This document shows, piece after piece, positions 25,618 to 38,064 of a stretch of DNA of 48,333 nt (within the stretch, counting starts at the first letter, position 1; each line of letters starts with the position of its first letter). Source of the DNA: Atractiella rhizophila. Lineage: Eukaryota. Position numbers and translations under genes: made by a program. The stretch covers positions 1-48,333 of the forward strand of contig MU271537.1 of NCBI GenBank assembly GCA_021432655.1. The letters run 5' to 3'. The notes beneath the pieces were generated by a model. That model worked only from the letters and a program-made list of their open reading frames with translations, did no database searches and was not told the DNA's origin.

Positions 25618-27143
25618 TTTAGATGGAAGAAGAGGGAAGCTCTTCAAACGACTCGCGGGCTATACCACACGAAGAATCAGAAATCAAGGTCTTAAACCCC
25701 CTCACCCACACCTTGGAGCGGGGAAATAAGAAAATGCACGGAGGACGAAAGGAAGAGGTACTGTATCTTTTTGTCAAACCTTTGGTATACATGACGCGCC
25801 ACATGAAGAGCTCTCACATCATATTCTATTTTGCGTTGAAGCTCAAAGTTTCGAAAGTGAGACCGGGTTAGGCGCAAACGGTTGAAGTTATTTCGCACAA
25901 CTTGACAACGCGTCTACGAACGAACTCGAACTAGTTGTGTCATGGTTAAGGTCAACAACCTGCCACCATGGCCGCACTCCCATCATCAAGGAGTTGTTCA
26001 GTTACGGGATATGCTGATTTGGATTGACTTGTCCGCCAGCTCACGCAAGCTGATACCCCATCCAGCATCGAATCCAATTGAATCGTTGTATTAGTGGTGA
26101 GCATCTTGCTCTTGTTCGGTGATGTATTCTAAGGTGCAAACTTTAGATACTCAGCTTCACGCGTTCTCACGGTTTGGGTAATTTCGTGCGTGGAGGATAC
26201 ACCGTAAGTCGGGGACAAAAGTACAGCAGTAGCCTCGTTAGTGAGATCAGCAGTTGCTTGCGCAGATGACAGACATAAGACCCAACCTGGAGCTGTCTAG
26301 TCTTCCTCAAACTGTCATAAGAAATGAAATGGGATATAGAAAACCTGCTAGAACGCCCTAATCTGCAAGTAAAAACCAATCCTCTCCTCTCGCCTGACCG
26401 TTTGCAGAGAAGAAGTCAGGAGAAGGTTCAGGGGGGGGGGTATTAATCAGACCGTGCAGATTTTTCTCACAGTACGCTGAGTGAGCTTGTTGCCCTGTGC
26501 AAGCCCTCCCAAATTGAAGAGCAACTGTTTCTGTTGCTTGACTAGCCAACTAGGGAAACTCTCCGACTAAGTACGAGAACGGTCATTCTCCACTGAGATG
26601 TGAGAGAGCTCATCATTGTATACCATCTACCCACACTCGTTTCCAGCAACCAACCTATCCACGTACTCCACAAAACCAGAAGGGCTCGTCTTCAACTTTT
26701 ACAATCCTCGCTTCAAACGAGTACCAGGAATTCCTTTTTCTATTTTTTCACTCAAGCCCCGAAGACTTCATAACCAAATTGACTGTGGACACTCAAATGC
26801 GATTACGTACACCATATATTACAGATGCTCTGAGCTTATCTCACCTGCTGAACAGATCGCGCATCGAAAACTTTTGCCCAACAGATGTCGAAGCTTAGGA
26901 GACCAATCTTGCTGCTAATCTCACCTTGTCGGTGCTCAAGACAGCAGCATGTATGAAAGCTTGGGAAAAGCAGCTGCATGTCCGCAATTATCCACTCGAA
27001 CCCTCGGAGGACACGATGCATGATCACTTGTGCATTGAGCCCGATAACTTTCTTATAAAACCCAGCAGCATTAGCTCAACCTTTCTCCCTCTCACTTTCG
27101 GGCAGTGAGCGAGCAAAGAAGGTGGGATTGTCAGTGTCCAAAG

Positions 27144-30026
27144 ATGTCAGTGATGAACATTTTCGATATCGCAAGAGCGCAGGAGGTGTTTCCCCTCTCT
27201 TTCGTCAGTGGACTGTTTGCCCATCAGGTATACTAGTATCTTCTCTCTTTAAGTAGACTTTGACCTCTAGACGCAGTTCTTTCGAAGAAATGAACCTAAC
27301 TTGGTTACCTTCACGATTGGATACGCTGCTGCATTTGCCACTTTGTCGTCTCTGTGGTCTCATCATCAAGAGGTTCCCTTACGAGTAGCGGTGTTTTGGA
27401 GCACACTTTCGCTCGCAATTCACTTCCTCTCTTTATCCATTTCTATCACCCTTTACAGACTCTCCACTTTCCACCCACTCGCAAGCTTTCCAGGTCCAGT
27501 TTCTCTCAAGCTTTCCAAGTTTGCCTCGTATCCCTGTAAGTCAATCATCGCTCCGATAACAACACTGACGCTGATGAACTCGAATGCAGGGAGCTTTAGA
27601 GGAGAAGGACACCGATATGTTTGGAAGTTACATCAAAAATACGCTAGTCCCTACGTCCGAATCGGTCCCAACGAGCTCTCCATTTCTGATCTCTCCCTCC
27701 TCAATTCCATCTACGGCGTTCATGGATGGGACAAGGGGCCGGTATACAGCATTGTCGTAGCTGTGAAAGGAGGAGAGACGGCGCTTAACTACATCCCAAC
27801 TCATGAGGAGCATGCGGTTCGAAAGAGGGGTGGTTGGGATTCTGCGTTCACGACGGGTAGCGTCACGGAGTACCTCGACCTGGTCAAGCCCAGAATTGCC
27901 CAATTTCTCAGCATGATGGAACAGAAGGTCGGGAAGCCAGTGGCAATCAACAGGCTCATCGGCTTCTGTATTTGGGACATCATGCTTGATCTAGTGAGTC
28001 TTATTTCATATGTCCAATTCTACACTTTCAGAGAGCTGAAGCTAATGCGTCACAATACCCAGGGATTTTCAGGAACGGAACACGCAGAGATGATGAAGAA
28101 TCAAACCGATGCTCACGTAGGCGGAGTCTTCTCGACCATCACGGCTTTCGTCCGCCTCGCGGTTGTGTTGGGTAATACACCATGGGTTGGCGCACTGGCG
28201 AAGATGACCCCTATCTCTCCTAATGCCATTGCTTTTATCAAGTACTGCAATGACAAGTTTCGCGAGCGTCTCGCGGATGCGAAAGGGACAGCGAGAAAGG
28301 ATATCTTTGCTCACCTTGTATGCTCGTCTTTCTGATCTTGAAGCTCCCGACTGAGGTGACATAGGTTGCCGATTTGGAGAACCCGAACTTCTCGGGGAAT
28401 CGCAAGAAGCGGTTGGGCCAATTAGATTCGGATTCGCTACTGTTAACGATTGCTGGAGCGGGTAAGAACTTGCCATGCTTCTCTAGTTTATTTTGATGAG
28501 GGGGAAAAGATACAACGAGTACGACTCTCACGATGTGGTTCTATAACGTTCTGTCCTGCCCTGGACTATGGCAACGACTCCAACAAGAAATTGACGAACT
28601 AGTACAAGAAACAGGAGATGACGATTTTGATCCTAACTTCCTTGCGTCTCGCGCAAAGTTGTTAGAGGCGAGCATCAACGAGAACATGAGGTCTGTATTT
28701 CTGCCTTTGCTCAGCGTTGTAAGAGAGCTCAACATCTGCGTAGGTTCTCTGCCGCTGTCCCCTACGGTCCTCTTCAAGTTCGTTGATTTACTCCCTACAT
28801 CATGTATGGTGGAGTTGATGGAGGTCCTGCAGAGAATTTGTCCACCAACAGGCTTCGTCCTCCCTGACGGTCGCTTCCTCCCGCCAGGCACAAAGGTCGT
28901 GATCCCTCCTCATTGCCTACATCGCAATCCAACGTACTTCTGGCAACCCGATCGCTTCATCCCCGATCGCTGGCTACCTGGATGGAAGGCAAAGCACGTC
29001 CCTGAGGCATTGAAAGTCTTTTCCACCGGTGCGTTGTTCAGACTCTCGCTATTCTGTGACACTTGGGATTCTTACGCATCTCATCCGTCGCAACAGGTCC
29101 TATGGGCTGCATTGGGCAACGACTCGCCTATCACGAAATGAGACTCTTCACCGCTGGTGTCTTACGAAGATTCAATGTTACTCTCCATCCTTCAAATAAA
29201 TTCGACGAAGCCTCAGGACGATGCTTCTCTAGTTTCTTTTGATGACAGCGAAAAGATACGACCAGTACGACTCTCACGATGTGGTTCTATAACGTTCTGT
29301 CCTGCCCTGGATTATGGCAACGACTCCAACAAGAAATTGACGAACTAGTACAAGAAACAGGAGATGACGATTTTGATCCTAACTTCCTTGCGTCTCGCGC
29401 AAAGTTGCTAGAGGCGAGCATCAACGAGAACATGAGGTCTGTATCCGTCTTTCCTCAGCGTTCTAAGAGAGCTCAACATTTGGGTAGGTTTTCTGCCGCT
29501 GTCCCCTACGGTCCTCTTCAAGTGCGTTAATTCCTCCCTACAACGTGTATGATGGAGTTGACGGAAGTGCTGCAGAGAATATGTCCACCAACAGGCTTCG
29601 TCCTCCCTGACGGTCGCTTCCTCCCGCCAGGCACGAAGGTCGTGATCCCTCCTCATTGCCTACATCGCAATCCAACGTACTTCTGGCAACCCGATCGCTT
29701 CATCCCCGATCGCTGGCTACCTGGATGGAAGGCAAAGCACGTCCCAGAGGCATTGAAAGTCTTTTCCACCGGTGCGTTGTTCAGACTCTGGCTATTCTGT
29801 GACAATTGGGATCTTACGCATCTCATCCGTCGCAACAGGTCCTATGGGCTGCATTGGGCAACGACTCGCCTATCACGAAATGAGACTCTTCACCGCTGGT
29901 GTCTTACGAAGATTCAATGTTACTCTCCATCCTTCAAATAAATTCGACGAAGCCTCAGGACGTGACTGGTTCGTGTTACAGATAACGGAGAACGTCATGG
30001 TTCAGTTTACACCAAGGAAGATTTGA
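27144..30026 (+). CDS. Cytochrome P450 monooxygenase with an internally duplicated 3' half
   Basis: ATG at 27144; YRLSTFHPLASFPGP; VRIGPNELS; I-helix AGA|DTTST; ExxR (ENMR); PDRFIPDRW; heme motif FST|GPMGCIG. The full-length C-terminus DWFVLQ...PRKI* follows only the second copy. Confidence 0.9.
28475..29962 (+). repeat. Direct tandem duplication, units 28475-29220 (746 bp) and 29221-29962 (742 bp)
   Basis: Both units start ATGCTTCTCTAGTTT and end TTCGACGAAGCCTCAGGACG. ORFs 28533 and 29279 begin identically, 746 nt apart. Exons are nearly identical and introns have diverged. Confidence 0.97.
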
Positions 30027-31070
30027 GACGACGTTTTGTGACGCAGATTTGTAAAATTGCTTCGAGCATGTTTGTAGAGTGGGCCGACCAGAGAGTTTTT
30101 GCCTTCAGTACTTGCCACTATCAACCTTCCGGAGTGAAGGAAGGCTTTTCTGTTTCAGTCTCATGAGTGCTTGACTGTTGCTTCCATATCGTTTTAGTTG
30201 GATGTGACTGTGGCATAAATGTTTGTTTCATCAATTATTGTATACTAAGGTCGCAGAAGCTGGAATAGAAAGTTTCTTTTTAGTGCGACCATTAGTCCAG
30301 TCAGTGCGGTCGTCGCGTGCAGGCACTAAGCAGAATGACGTTTGCAGAGTGACAAAGAGTGACGACTACTTATTTCGTTCATTGATACATAAATGGTTGG
30401 ATAGTTGTGTCAAGCTTACTCCGGAGTGATTATGATTAGGCCGTGCTGAGGAAGTGTAAAGCTCATGGGAAAGGTGTGTCGCTACAAGTATATCCGTATT
30501 GCTTCGTAACTGCACGATGATTCATTAGTCTTCGCAGTTAAGTTACTGAGGTGGTTGCGCGGGGAATCGCATGAGACTGTTGAAAGTCTTGAAGCTTCAA
30601 GTTGAAAGGAGCGATTAATGAAATGGCTTCCGTGTTGCATGTTGCAGCCTTCAGTTTCATTCAATTCTTGTGAAAGGGATAGCAATTTGGAGCAGCTAGA
30701 TTCCTCACTTGCAGCTTGTTCTCGCCAACGTCATCGGAATGTGTCCATATGCTCACCGCAAACTGTCTGCAGGGAAGTATCGGCTCTTGACAAAAATGTG
30801 GCTTCGAAGGTCCAACTCAACATCTGAGTTCGACGAACTTTCGCCTTAAATGATACCAATTTCAATCGCTCCCTGCAATCTGCTGTAACTGTCACGAAGT
30901 TGAACAGCAACACGCGATTCTGAACGCGTCCGAAGTTACGGTATTCGTGTCCAATTCATCAAACCTATTTGCCTCCGATCTGTTTGGCTTCCCTTTCAAG
31001 TCCCAATTTGGACAACCATTTCGCTTTTCACCCTGCTGCCTTAAGACGAGGGGCGACGTCGCCTTCAAGA

Positions 31071-32077
31071 ATGCCTCCTCAAAAGACGATGGAGCACTCC
31101 CAGATGCAACTGCAACTGTGGGATCTTCCGCTGCGCAGTACTCACGCAGTGGGTGCTGGCTGTCGTAGGTTGCTCTGATCTTTCGATGACTTGAACCCTT
31201 ATGCGCTTGTGAGGTAGGATGCTGCCTTTCCAGCGGAAAGATCTGCCGCCCGGTCTTCGACACAATCTCTCCCTGTTGGAACTGCCTTATGGATGACCTC
31301 CCCTGCTCCTCCTCCAATCCTTCGTGGAGCAGCCAATCAGCCATCGATCGACCGCGCTGTAAGGCTCTACACTGCCTTATTTCAAGCTTGATTGCTCATG
31401 CATGATGGGCAGCAATGCAAGTCACAGAATTTTACGACGCCCAGCTTCCTCCCATCCAAAATACCGTGATTGAGGTCCAGTCACCGTCCAATTCCTCCCC
31501 ATTATATCCGCAAATCAGGACGCCTACTGGGTCTGTGTATTCCGAACATTCTGCTACTAGTATGCAGCAGCACGCTCCAGAGATGGTGACCTATACGATG
31601 CGCTTACCGAATGTCAAGAGAGGTGAGCTCATTTTGTACAAATACACGAAGAACTCTAACGCTTTGTCATGACTGCAGCGACGCCGGAACCTCCACCACC
31701 TCCTAAGAGGAGACGAAAAAGGAAGAAACCATTACCTTGGAATCTACCTGCTAACCAGCAGCCAATGCGTACACTCTGAGTAGACTGCAAGCATTCCACA
31801 ACACTACACCTTTGACCGACGCACTTGATGTTCACGGGAAGATGTCCTTTTAGGCTTCTATATCCAGATCCTATTCTACAAAGTCTCAATGGATCTCCTT
31901 TCTCTTATATTTTTATGGAGAGGTACCGAGCCGTTCATAGATTCGTTTTCTCACCATAAATATTGCAGTGTATTTTACTTCCCAACTCAGCATTCATATG
32001 TTCAGTCTTCTGCGTGCCTCTCACTGATCATTGTTTGTTCAATTTGCCCCAAAAATACCTTTTCACAGTTTGCTTAG
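31071..32077 (+). CDS. Small divergent Zn(II)2Cys6 binuclear-cluster protein (putative transcription factor); 3' end uncertain
   Basis: Removing intron 31165-31217 gives C-RC-C-LSSGKI-C-RPVFDTISP-C-WN-C-LMDDLP-C, i.e. Cx2Cx6Cx9Cx2Cx6C. Later exons splice in frame to ORF 31415 and to an NLS-like PPKRRRKRKK. Confidence 0.6.
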
Positions 32078-32118
32078 TACAATCACGATTCTTACACTTT
32101 TTTCCCGCACATCACTCG

Positions 32119-33446
32119 TCAACTTGCTTGTGTCTCCGTAACCGTGCCCTTCTCCTCATCGACCTCCTTCACCCTCCCCTTCTCAGTCGGATCTTCCCTG
32201 TACACAGTCTCCCAGGTTTGGATGACGCTTCCAATCAAGAAAGCCCAACTGCCCCAGAACGTTGAATTGGCAGACTCGAACTCCACACCTGTCAAGTTCT
32301 GATTTGCAGTCGGAGCGATACCTAATGCTCCACATAGAGTGAAAGCGGTGCCTCCTATGAGATTCCATAATCCGATGTGCCAACCTAAAGACCTGAGGTT
32401 GGGGACGAAGAGGGAGTGCTGGACTTCGAGCATGAGGAGAATGGAGGAGATAATGAAGCCTGAGCCGCCGATGACTTGTGGTACCCCTGAATTCGTGGTC
32501 GTCAGGCTTGTGTCAGCTGGAGGAAGCACGAGGAAGAGACGAACAGTAAAAGATGTCCACAATCGCAACGGAATACTCGCCGTCAGGATACCCCGGTATC
32601 ACACCAGGAAGCCCAGTGAGGGTGGAGATCCAGAAAATCGTCGCCCCTGCAAATTGTATGATGCTTGCCATATATCCCAAGTCTCGCCAATTTCCCTTTC
32701 CCCTTCACTCAGTTGTGTTAGACACCTTGCCTAATGCAGGAAGGACAAGACAAACCACCACACCCATTTCTTGTCCATGGTTTTTGCCCCCAACAAATGC
32801 TCCATCTCGACGCCAAAGGATCCTTCCCTCCCTCGATTTAGGGACTCTACAACCATCAAGTAACATGCAATCTCGAAGCTCGATCCTCCAACGAATGCCC
32901 AGGCAACCGCGATCTTCTCCCACACACCTTGTTCGTGCTCGCTCATAGTATCTCTCCAGGGTGCGAGGAGAGGAAGAAAGACGAGGAATCCGTTAACTAT
33001 CCACGCGATGGATCCAAAAGTAAATATTACTGCCTTTTTGATTGTTTAGGTTAAGCAAGGTATGAATGCGAGAGGGGGAAACGAACCACCCAAAAGCTGA
33101 CATCTGCCCATACTCCAAACCTCTTCTTCCCTCCGGTCCGATGCAGACGCATCCGATGTCTTGTCCTCTTCACCTCCTCCTCTTCCTTCTCTGCAAGTTT
33201 CTCAGCCGCAGCCGGGGTGGTAGGACGATGGTGAACCTCGACTTCCTTCCCGAGCGGATACCGACCCTTCCGATGGGCTCGAGAGTTCCATTTCGCTGCT
33301 GGAGCTTCAGCGTCAGTCGAGGAGTTGAATGCCGCACGTGTGGGATGAAAGAAGGGTAGATGATGGCGGGTGGGAGAGTAGTGCAGTATTTGTGCCTCTG
33401 TCGAGGATGTCGGAGAAGGAAGACGTTGTTTGGAGGAGGTCGACAT
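32119..33446 (-). CDS. Conserved fungal multi-pass integral membrane protein of unknown function
   Basis: Several hydrophobic helices and motifs WADVSFWVA, FVGGSSFEIACYLMVVESLNR, LGWHIGLWNLIGG and STFWGSWAFLIGSVIQTWE. Confidence 0.8.
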
Positions 33447-34227
33447 AATCGTGCAACTGTTTTAAGTGAATATATGCTATGTAGCTCGCACAAGCTGATA
33501 CTCAAGCGAAAAGATGGGAACGAATACCAGGAGGAAGACTCTTATTAACATTGGCTGCTAAATTGAGCAAGGCAAGACGTCATCGCGGCGGAAGGCGCTC
33601 TCACGCTCTCCACTCACGTGCGAGGGCTGTCTGAGAGCGCTGAATCAAAGAAATATTGTATCCACTGAAATATCATAAGGAACTCAGTAAGAGCCGTATT
33701 ATACCGGTGCCGTTTAGGGAAGATTTGGAGCTGGGTGGAGTTCGTGGTTGCTGGAGTTGTAAATGGTTCTTTTGAATAACTCCGTTTCTTGTTGCAGAGT
33801 TGGAGTCCAAGTGCAACCTCATAGCATAATGGCACATTAGCCTATCAGAGTACCTTCACGTTTCCAAATCGGACGCTCTCCCAGTCAAAACTCTGAAGGA
33901 ATGGATTGAGAGCACCCAAAACACCTCTTACAACAGATCATTCAGAGATTTCTAGTATTCAATAAAACTTCAAGGCCACATCCACAACCTTGAAACTGAC
34001 CACACTTAGTGGAGCTTTGAGTCGTGAATACTGTAAACATCTTGTCGTTGTAGTTGGGATCCGTTGGACACTCGCCATGATTGATGCGCATACCCGCCAC
34101 AAACCCGATGCGGGAACGTGACGGCAGATCCAGACTCTCCATATAAACCTCCATCGAGTTTTCCTCATCCCTTTCTTCAGTCTTTTCTCAGTTTACTCTT
34201 AGAATATCGTATAGAACTCCTCAATTT

Positions 34228-37200
34228 ATGGCAGAAGTGTATCCGCCAGGCCCACTGGGACAAACGCGCATCCAAAATTGGCGTCTGGACTCGTCGGACA
34301 GCGGAAGACACAATTGGTTTTATGTGAGGAATGAGAAAGAAGGGGAGGAGAGAGGAGCGTATGAGGAGGTCTGGAGGGAGGACAAGAGACGTGTTAGAGA
34401 TAGAAAGGAGGAGGAGATGACAGATGAAGAAAAGTATTGGTTGGGGTTGGATCTTGGAGCAGACGTGAGTGTTCCTAGCGGGGTTGGGGAAGCTCTGCGA
34501 TTTGAAGCAGGGAGAGGCAAAGTCCAATTGTCTTTAGTAGGGAGTACAGCTCTATGAATTTCTGTTCAGGATGATAGTGTCCATGATGCCTTGTCGCGCC
34601 GTGAGCTGAGCAGAACAAATTGAGCTGGCGTATCTAATAAAGAGATCGTGTCGCTCTTTATTTTTGAAGTAAATGCCTATATGTTTCGTCATTAGGTATT
34701 CACCAACTTCAATTTTTTCGATTGATTGATAACAAGATGCTTCACTCTCATGCGCTGAGTCTACATGGTTGCATCCTTTCAATGCAATGTGCTAAAAGAT
34801 GTCGCATGAGCAACGAGAACCAGAGCTAAGTTGCATAGCCATTTGTCAAATGAGCCTTGGGAGTTCTATACTTTTATTTCAAGCGTCTCATTCTGTATCA
34901 GAATAAAGAAAACTAGAATATGAGGAACGAGGACCTGTCCTGGAAAGAGTGCTGTGGCACAAAAAAAACACCTATTTTAATATCAATATGTGCTAACGTC
35001 GTCCCTGCAAACCATCGCAGTCATTGTCTTCGGGTTTACGTCTGTCAACCTTTCAGGAAGGTGTGCGCTGATACTAATTCTTAGTCATTACCCGACCCAA
35101 ACGGAAATCCACTAGAGGCAGCAAGAAACTGTTACACCTTTTACAAGCGACTTCAGTCGGCGGACGGGCACTGGAGCGGTTTATACGATGGACCAGGTGT
35201 GATATCATTGGTCGTCACAATGAAATGAGCTGACCAGTATGATAGAATTCTTGATGTGTGGTGGCATATTCTTTGTTTTGGCGGGGACTGACAGGACGAA
35301 GCCCAGGGATTGTTTTCGCAATGTACATCACGAAAACACCGATTCCAGAGGAGTGGAGGATTGAAATTTCGCGATATCTTTTCAACACCCAAAGAAAGGG
35401 GGAGAAGGACAATCGTGGATGGGGAATGTCAGTTATTTCATCGATTCTCTTTTATATGCTATACTAATACAGCGGTGTTAGACATATCGAGAGTCAATCA
35501 ACTGTGTTCGGAACAGCTCTGAACTACGTTGCTATGCGAATATTAGGCGTGGATGCGGAAGAGGAATGCATGGTTCAAGCTCGTGGAACACTACATGCAC
35601 TGGGTTTGTGCTTCCAGTCATCTGAAACTGTGTTTAACCAGCATAGTGCAGGCGGAGCTACTGGCGTTCCTTCATGGGGAAAATTCTGGCTTAGTCTCAT
35701 GAACCTTTACGAATGGGATGGTGTCAGTCCTGTACCACCAGAGCTGTGGTGGGTTGTCTTCTTTCGTCACTACCATGTTATTAATTCCAATGAAAAAGGC
35801 TTCTGCCAAACCTCCTGCCCATCCATCCTTGGCGTTGGTATGTCGATCCTCCTTATGCGTGGCGAGCTAACCGGTGTCCTGGAGGTGGATTCATACACGG
35901 AATGTCTACATTCCCGTGGGCTATCTATGCGGACTCCAGTATAAAACGCCTTTAACGCCATTACTCGAGAAAATTCGAGAGGAGATTTACGTCCAATCAT
36001 ATTCAGAGATTCACTGGCCCAGTTGTCGCACTTACGTCGCCCCGATAGACCTTTATTCTCCACATACAAAAACGGTCGATGCCCTTTTCTCTCTTTTAGG
36101 GCTCTGGGATAAATGGATCTGCCCTTCGATTGTGAGAAAGAAGGGACTCGAGGCGGCATACAAGCTCATCGTTTATGAAGACGAGAACACGGCTTACCAG
36201 ACGTGCGTTTCCCCTCACTTGTTTGCGTCGGACTGAGCATTGGCGCAGCATTGGGCCAGTGTCCAAGGTAGGCAAATCCACGCCATAAAGAAGGATCTGA
36301 TGGATACTTAAAAGGCTTTCAACATGGTGAGCCGGTTCGTCGCGGAGGGAGAGCATAGTGAAGCTGTCCGGTTGCATCGTGAGAAGGTTCGGGATTTTAT
36401 GGTGAGTCTTTCTTCTCTGACAGAAGTTTGTGTTAAGTTTTGTTCGTTAGTGGATGTCTCCAAAAGGATTGGTGATGACAGGGACCAATGGTTCACAACT
36501 GTGGGATACCGGTAGGCAATAATGTGTTTACTCAGCCTCCCTCTCACAGTACAACCAGCGTTCATCACGCAAGCACTCGTTGACACGGGGCTTGCAACCG
36601 ATCCATCAAACAAAAAGTCCATCCTCAAAGCTCATCAATGGCTTGACGATTGCCAAATCAAAGACAATCCGAAACATTACCATTCTGCATACCGTCAGGC
36701 TTCGAAAGGTGCTTGGCCGTTCAGCACCAGGGAGCAGTCTTACACCGTTTCCGACACGACGGCTGAAGGTTTGAAATCTGTGCTGTTTTTGCAGGAGAAG
36801 CTTAGGTACGGGTTCGTTCGTTTACAAGAGACATTTTTGAGCATGCATACCAGTTTCGTCCCCAAGTCAATATCGAAGCAGAGGCTTTGCGATACTGTCG
36901 ATGTCCTTCTGTCCTTACAGAATGCTGATGGAGGATTTTCGAGTTACGAGCCCATCCGCGGACCCCTCTTTTGTGAATGGCTGAATTGTGCTGAGGTCTT
37001 TGGGTGAGTTTCCCACAATCATATCGCTGGTGGGCCTCAGCCGAATTTCCAGGAATATCATGGTTGAATACTCTTATCCCGGTACGTCCTTGGTTATCGT
37101 GTCGATATTCATTTATTTATTTATCTAGAGTGTACAAATTCCGTTGTTACTGGTCTAGTCCATTTTCGGAGGACGTATCCTGACTACAGGAAGGACGATA

Positions 37201-37957
37201 TCGAGTAAATTTGTCGTCTGCGAGAGAAGGTGTTACTCACCCTGTCTTACAGTGTATCAATGAAGCGTGCTATATCTTACATTCATAGCAAGCAACGTTC
37301 AGGTCAGTTTCTGACGACTTATGGATGCCGACTGCTCACCGTATAGCAGATGGAAGCTGGTACGGTTCATGGGCAATGTACATCGTTTCAGAATATTATC
37401 TTTGGTCTGACTAGAGCTGCTGATTAGTTGTTTTACTTACGCCATGATGTTCGCCTTGGAGTCGTTGGCTCTTGTGGGAGAAACATATGACACTAGTGAC
37501 AGAGTGCGCAAGGCATGTCAGTTTCTCCTATCAAAACAGAAGCCGGATGGTGGATGGGGAGAAAGCTACCTCGTGAGTTGAATTTACCTCTCCAGAAAAA
37601 TGCTGGGATTAATAGCATGTTGTAGAGTTGCGAGCTGCAAGAGTATACGCAACACCAAGATTCACAAGTTGTCCAGACCAGTTGGGCTATTCTATCCTTA
37701 TTGCACGCAAAGTGCCCCAACCATGATGCCATCAGGAGTGCATGCAACTTAATCATGAGCAGACAACGGCCAGATGGGAGCTTTAAACAAGAGGCGATTG
37801 AAGGGGTTTTCAATAAAAATTGCGCAATTGCATAGTACGCTTCTTTTCGACTTCACAGACGTGGCTAATGTCGATGCTCAGTCCTAATTACAAGTTCTCA
37901 TGGACGATTTGGGCTCTGGGACGAGCGCATAAGGAGCTCGCGAAGGAGAAATGGTAA
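34228..37957 (+). CDS. ERG7: Oxidosqualene cyclase, lanosterol-synthase-like
   Basis: Exon 1 (34228-34464: WRL...GRHNWFY...KYWLGL), then a 620-nt intron. Downstream motifs: [42 protein letters not shown] repeats ([28 protein letters not shown]) and [15 protein letters not shown]. Stop at 37955-37957. Confidence 0.95.
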
Positions 37958-38064
37958 AGTTTCGGGTTAGGCTGTACCACTTGTCATAATATTTACATTG
38001 AGGGATAATCTATGCTGCATGCTGGTATATATTCCATGAGAGTGCACTTAGAGCCAAGCCGTTG

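Noticed and set aside
25650..27140. Short ORFs and a G-run between the GNAT and P450 genes
   Set aside because: No coherent spliced model, domain motif or terminal repeat could be supported.
29521..29580. Apparent loss of an acceptor (GGAG to GGAA) in P450 copy 2
   Set aside because: The downstream CTGCAG acceptor is shared by both copies and gives the better motif PYGPLQ|RICPP.
31234..31296. 'GLRHNLSL' resembling a forkhead helix-3 motif
   Set aside because: The frame stops after a few codons. The alternative frame gives a complete Zn2Cys6 spacing and splices in frame.
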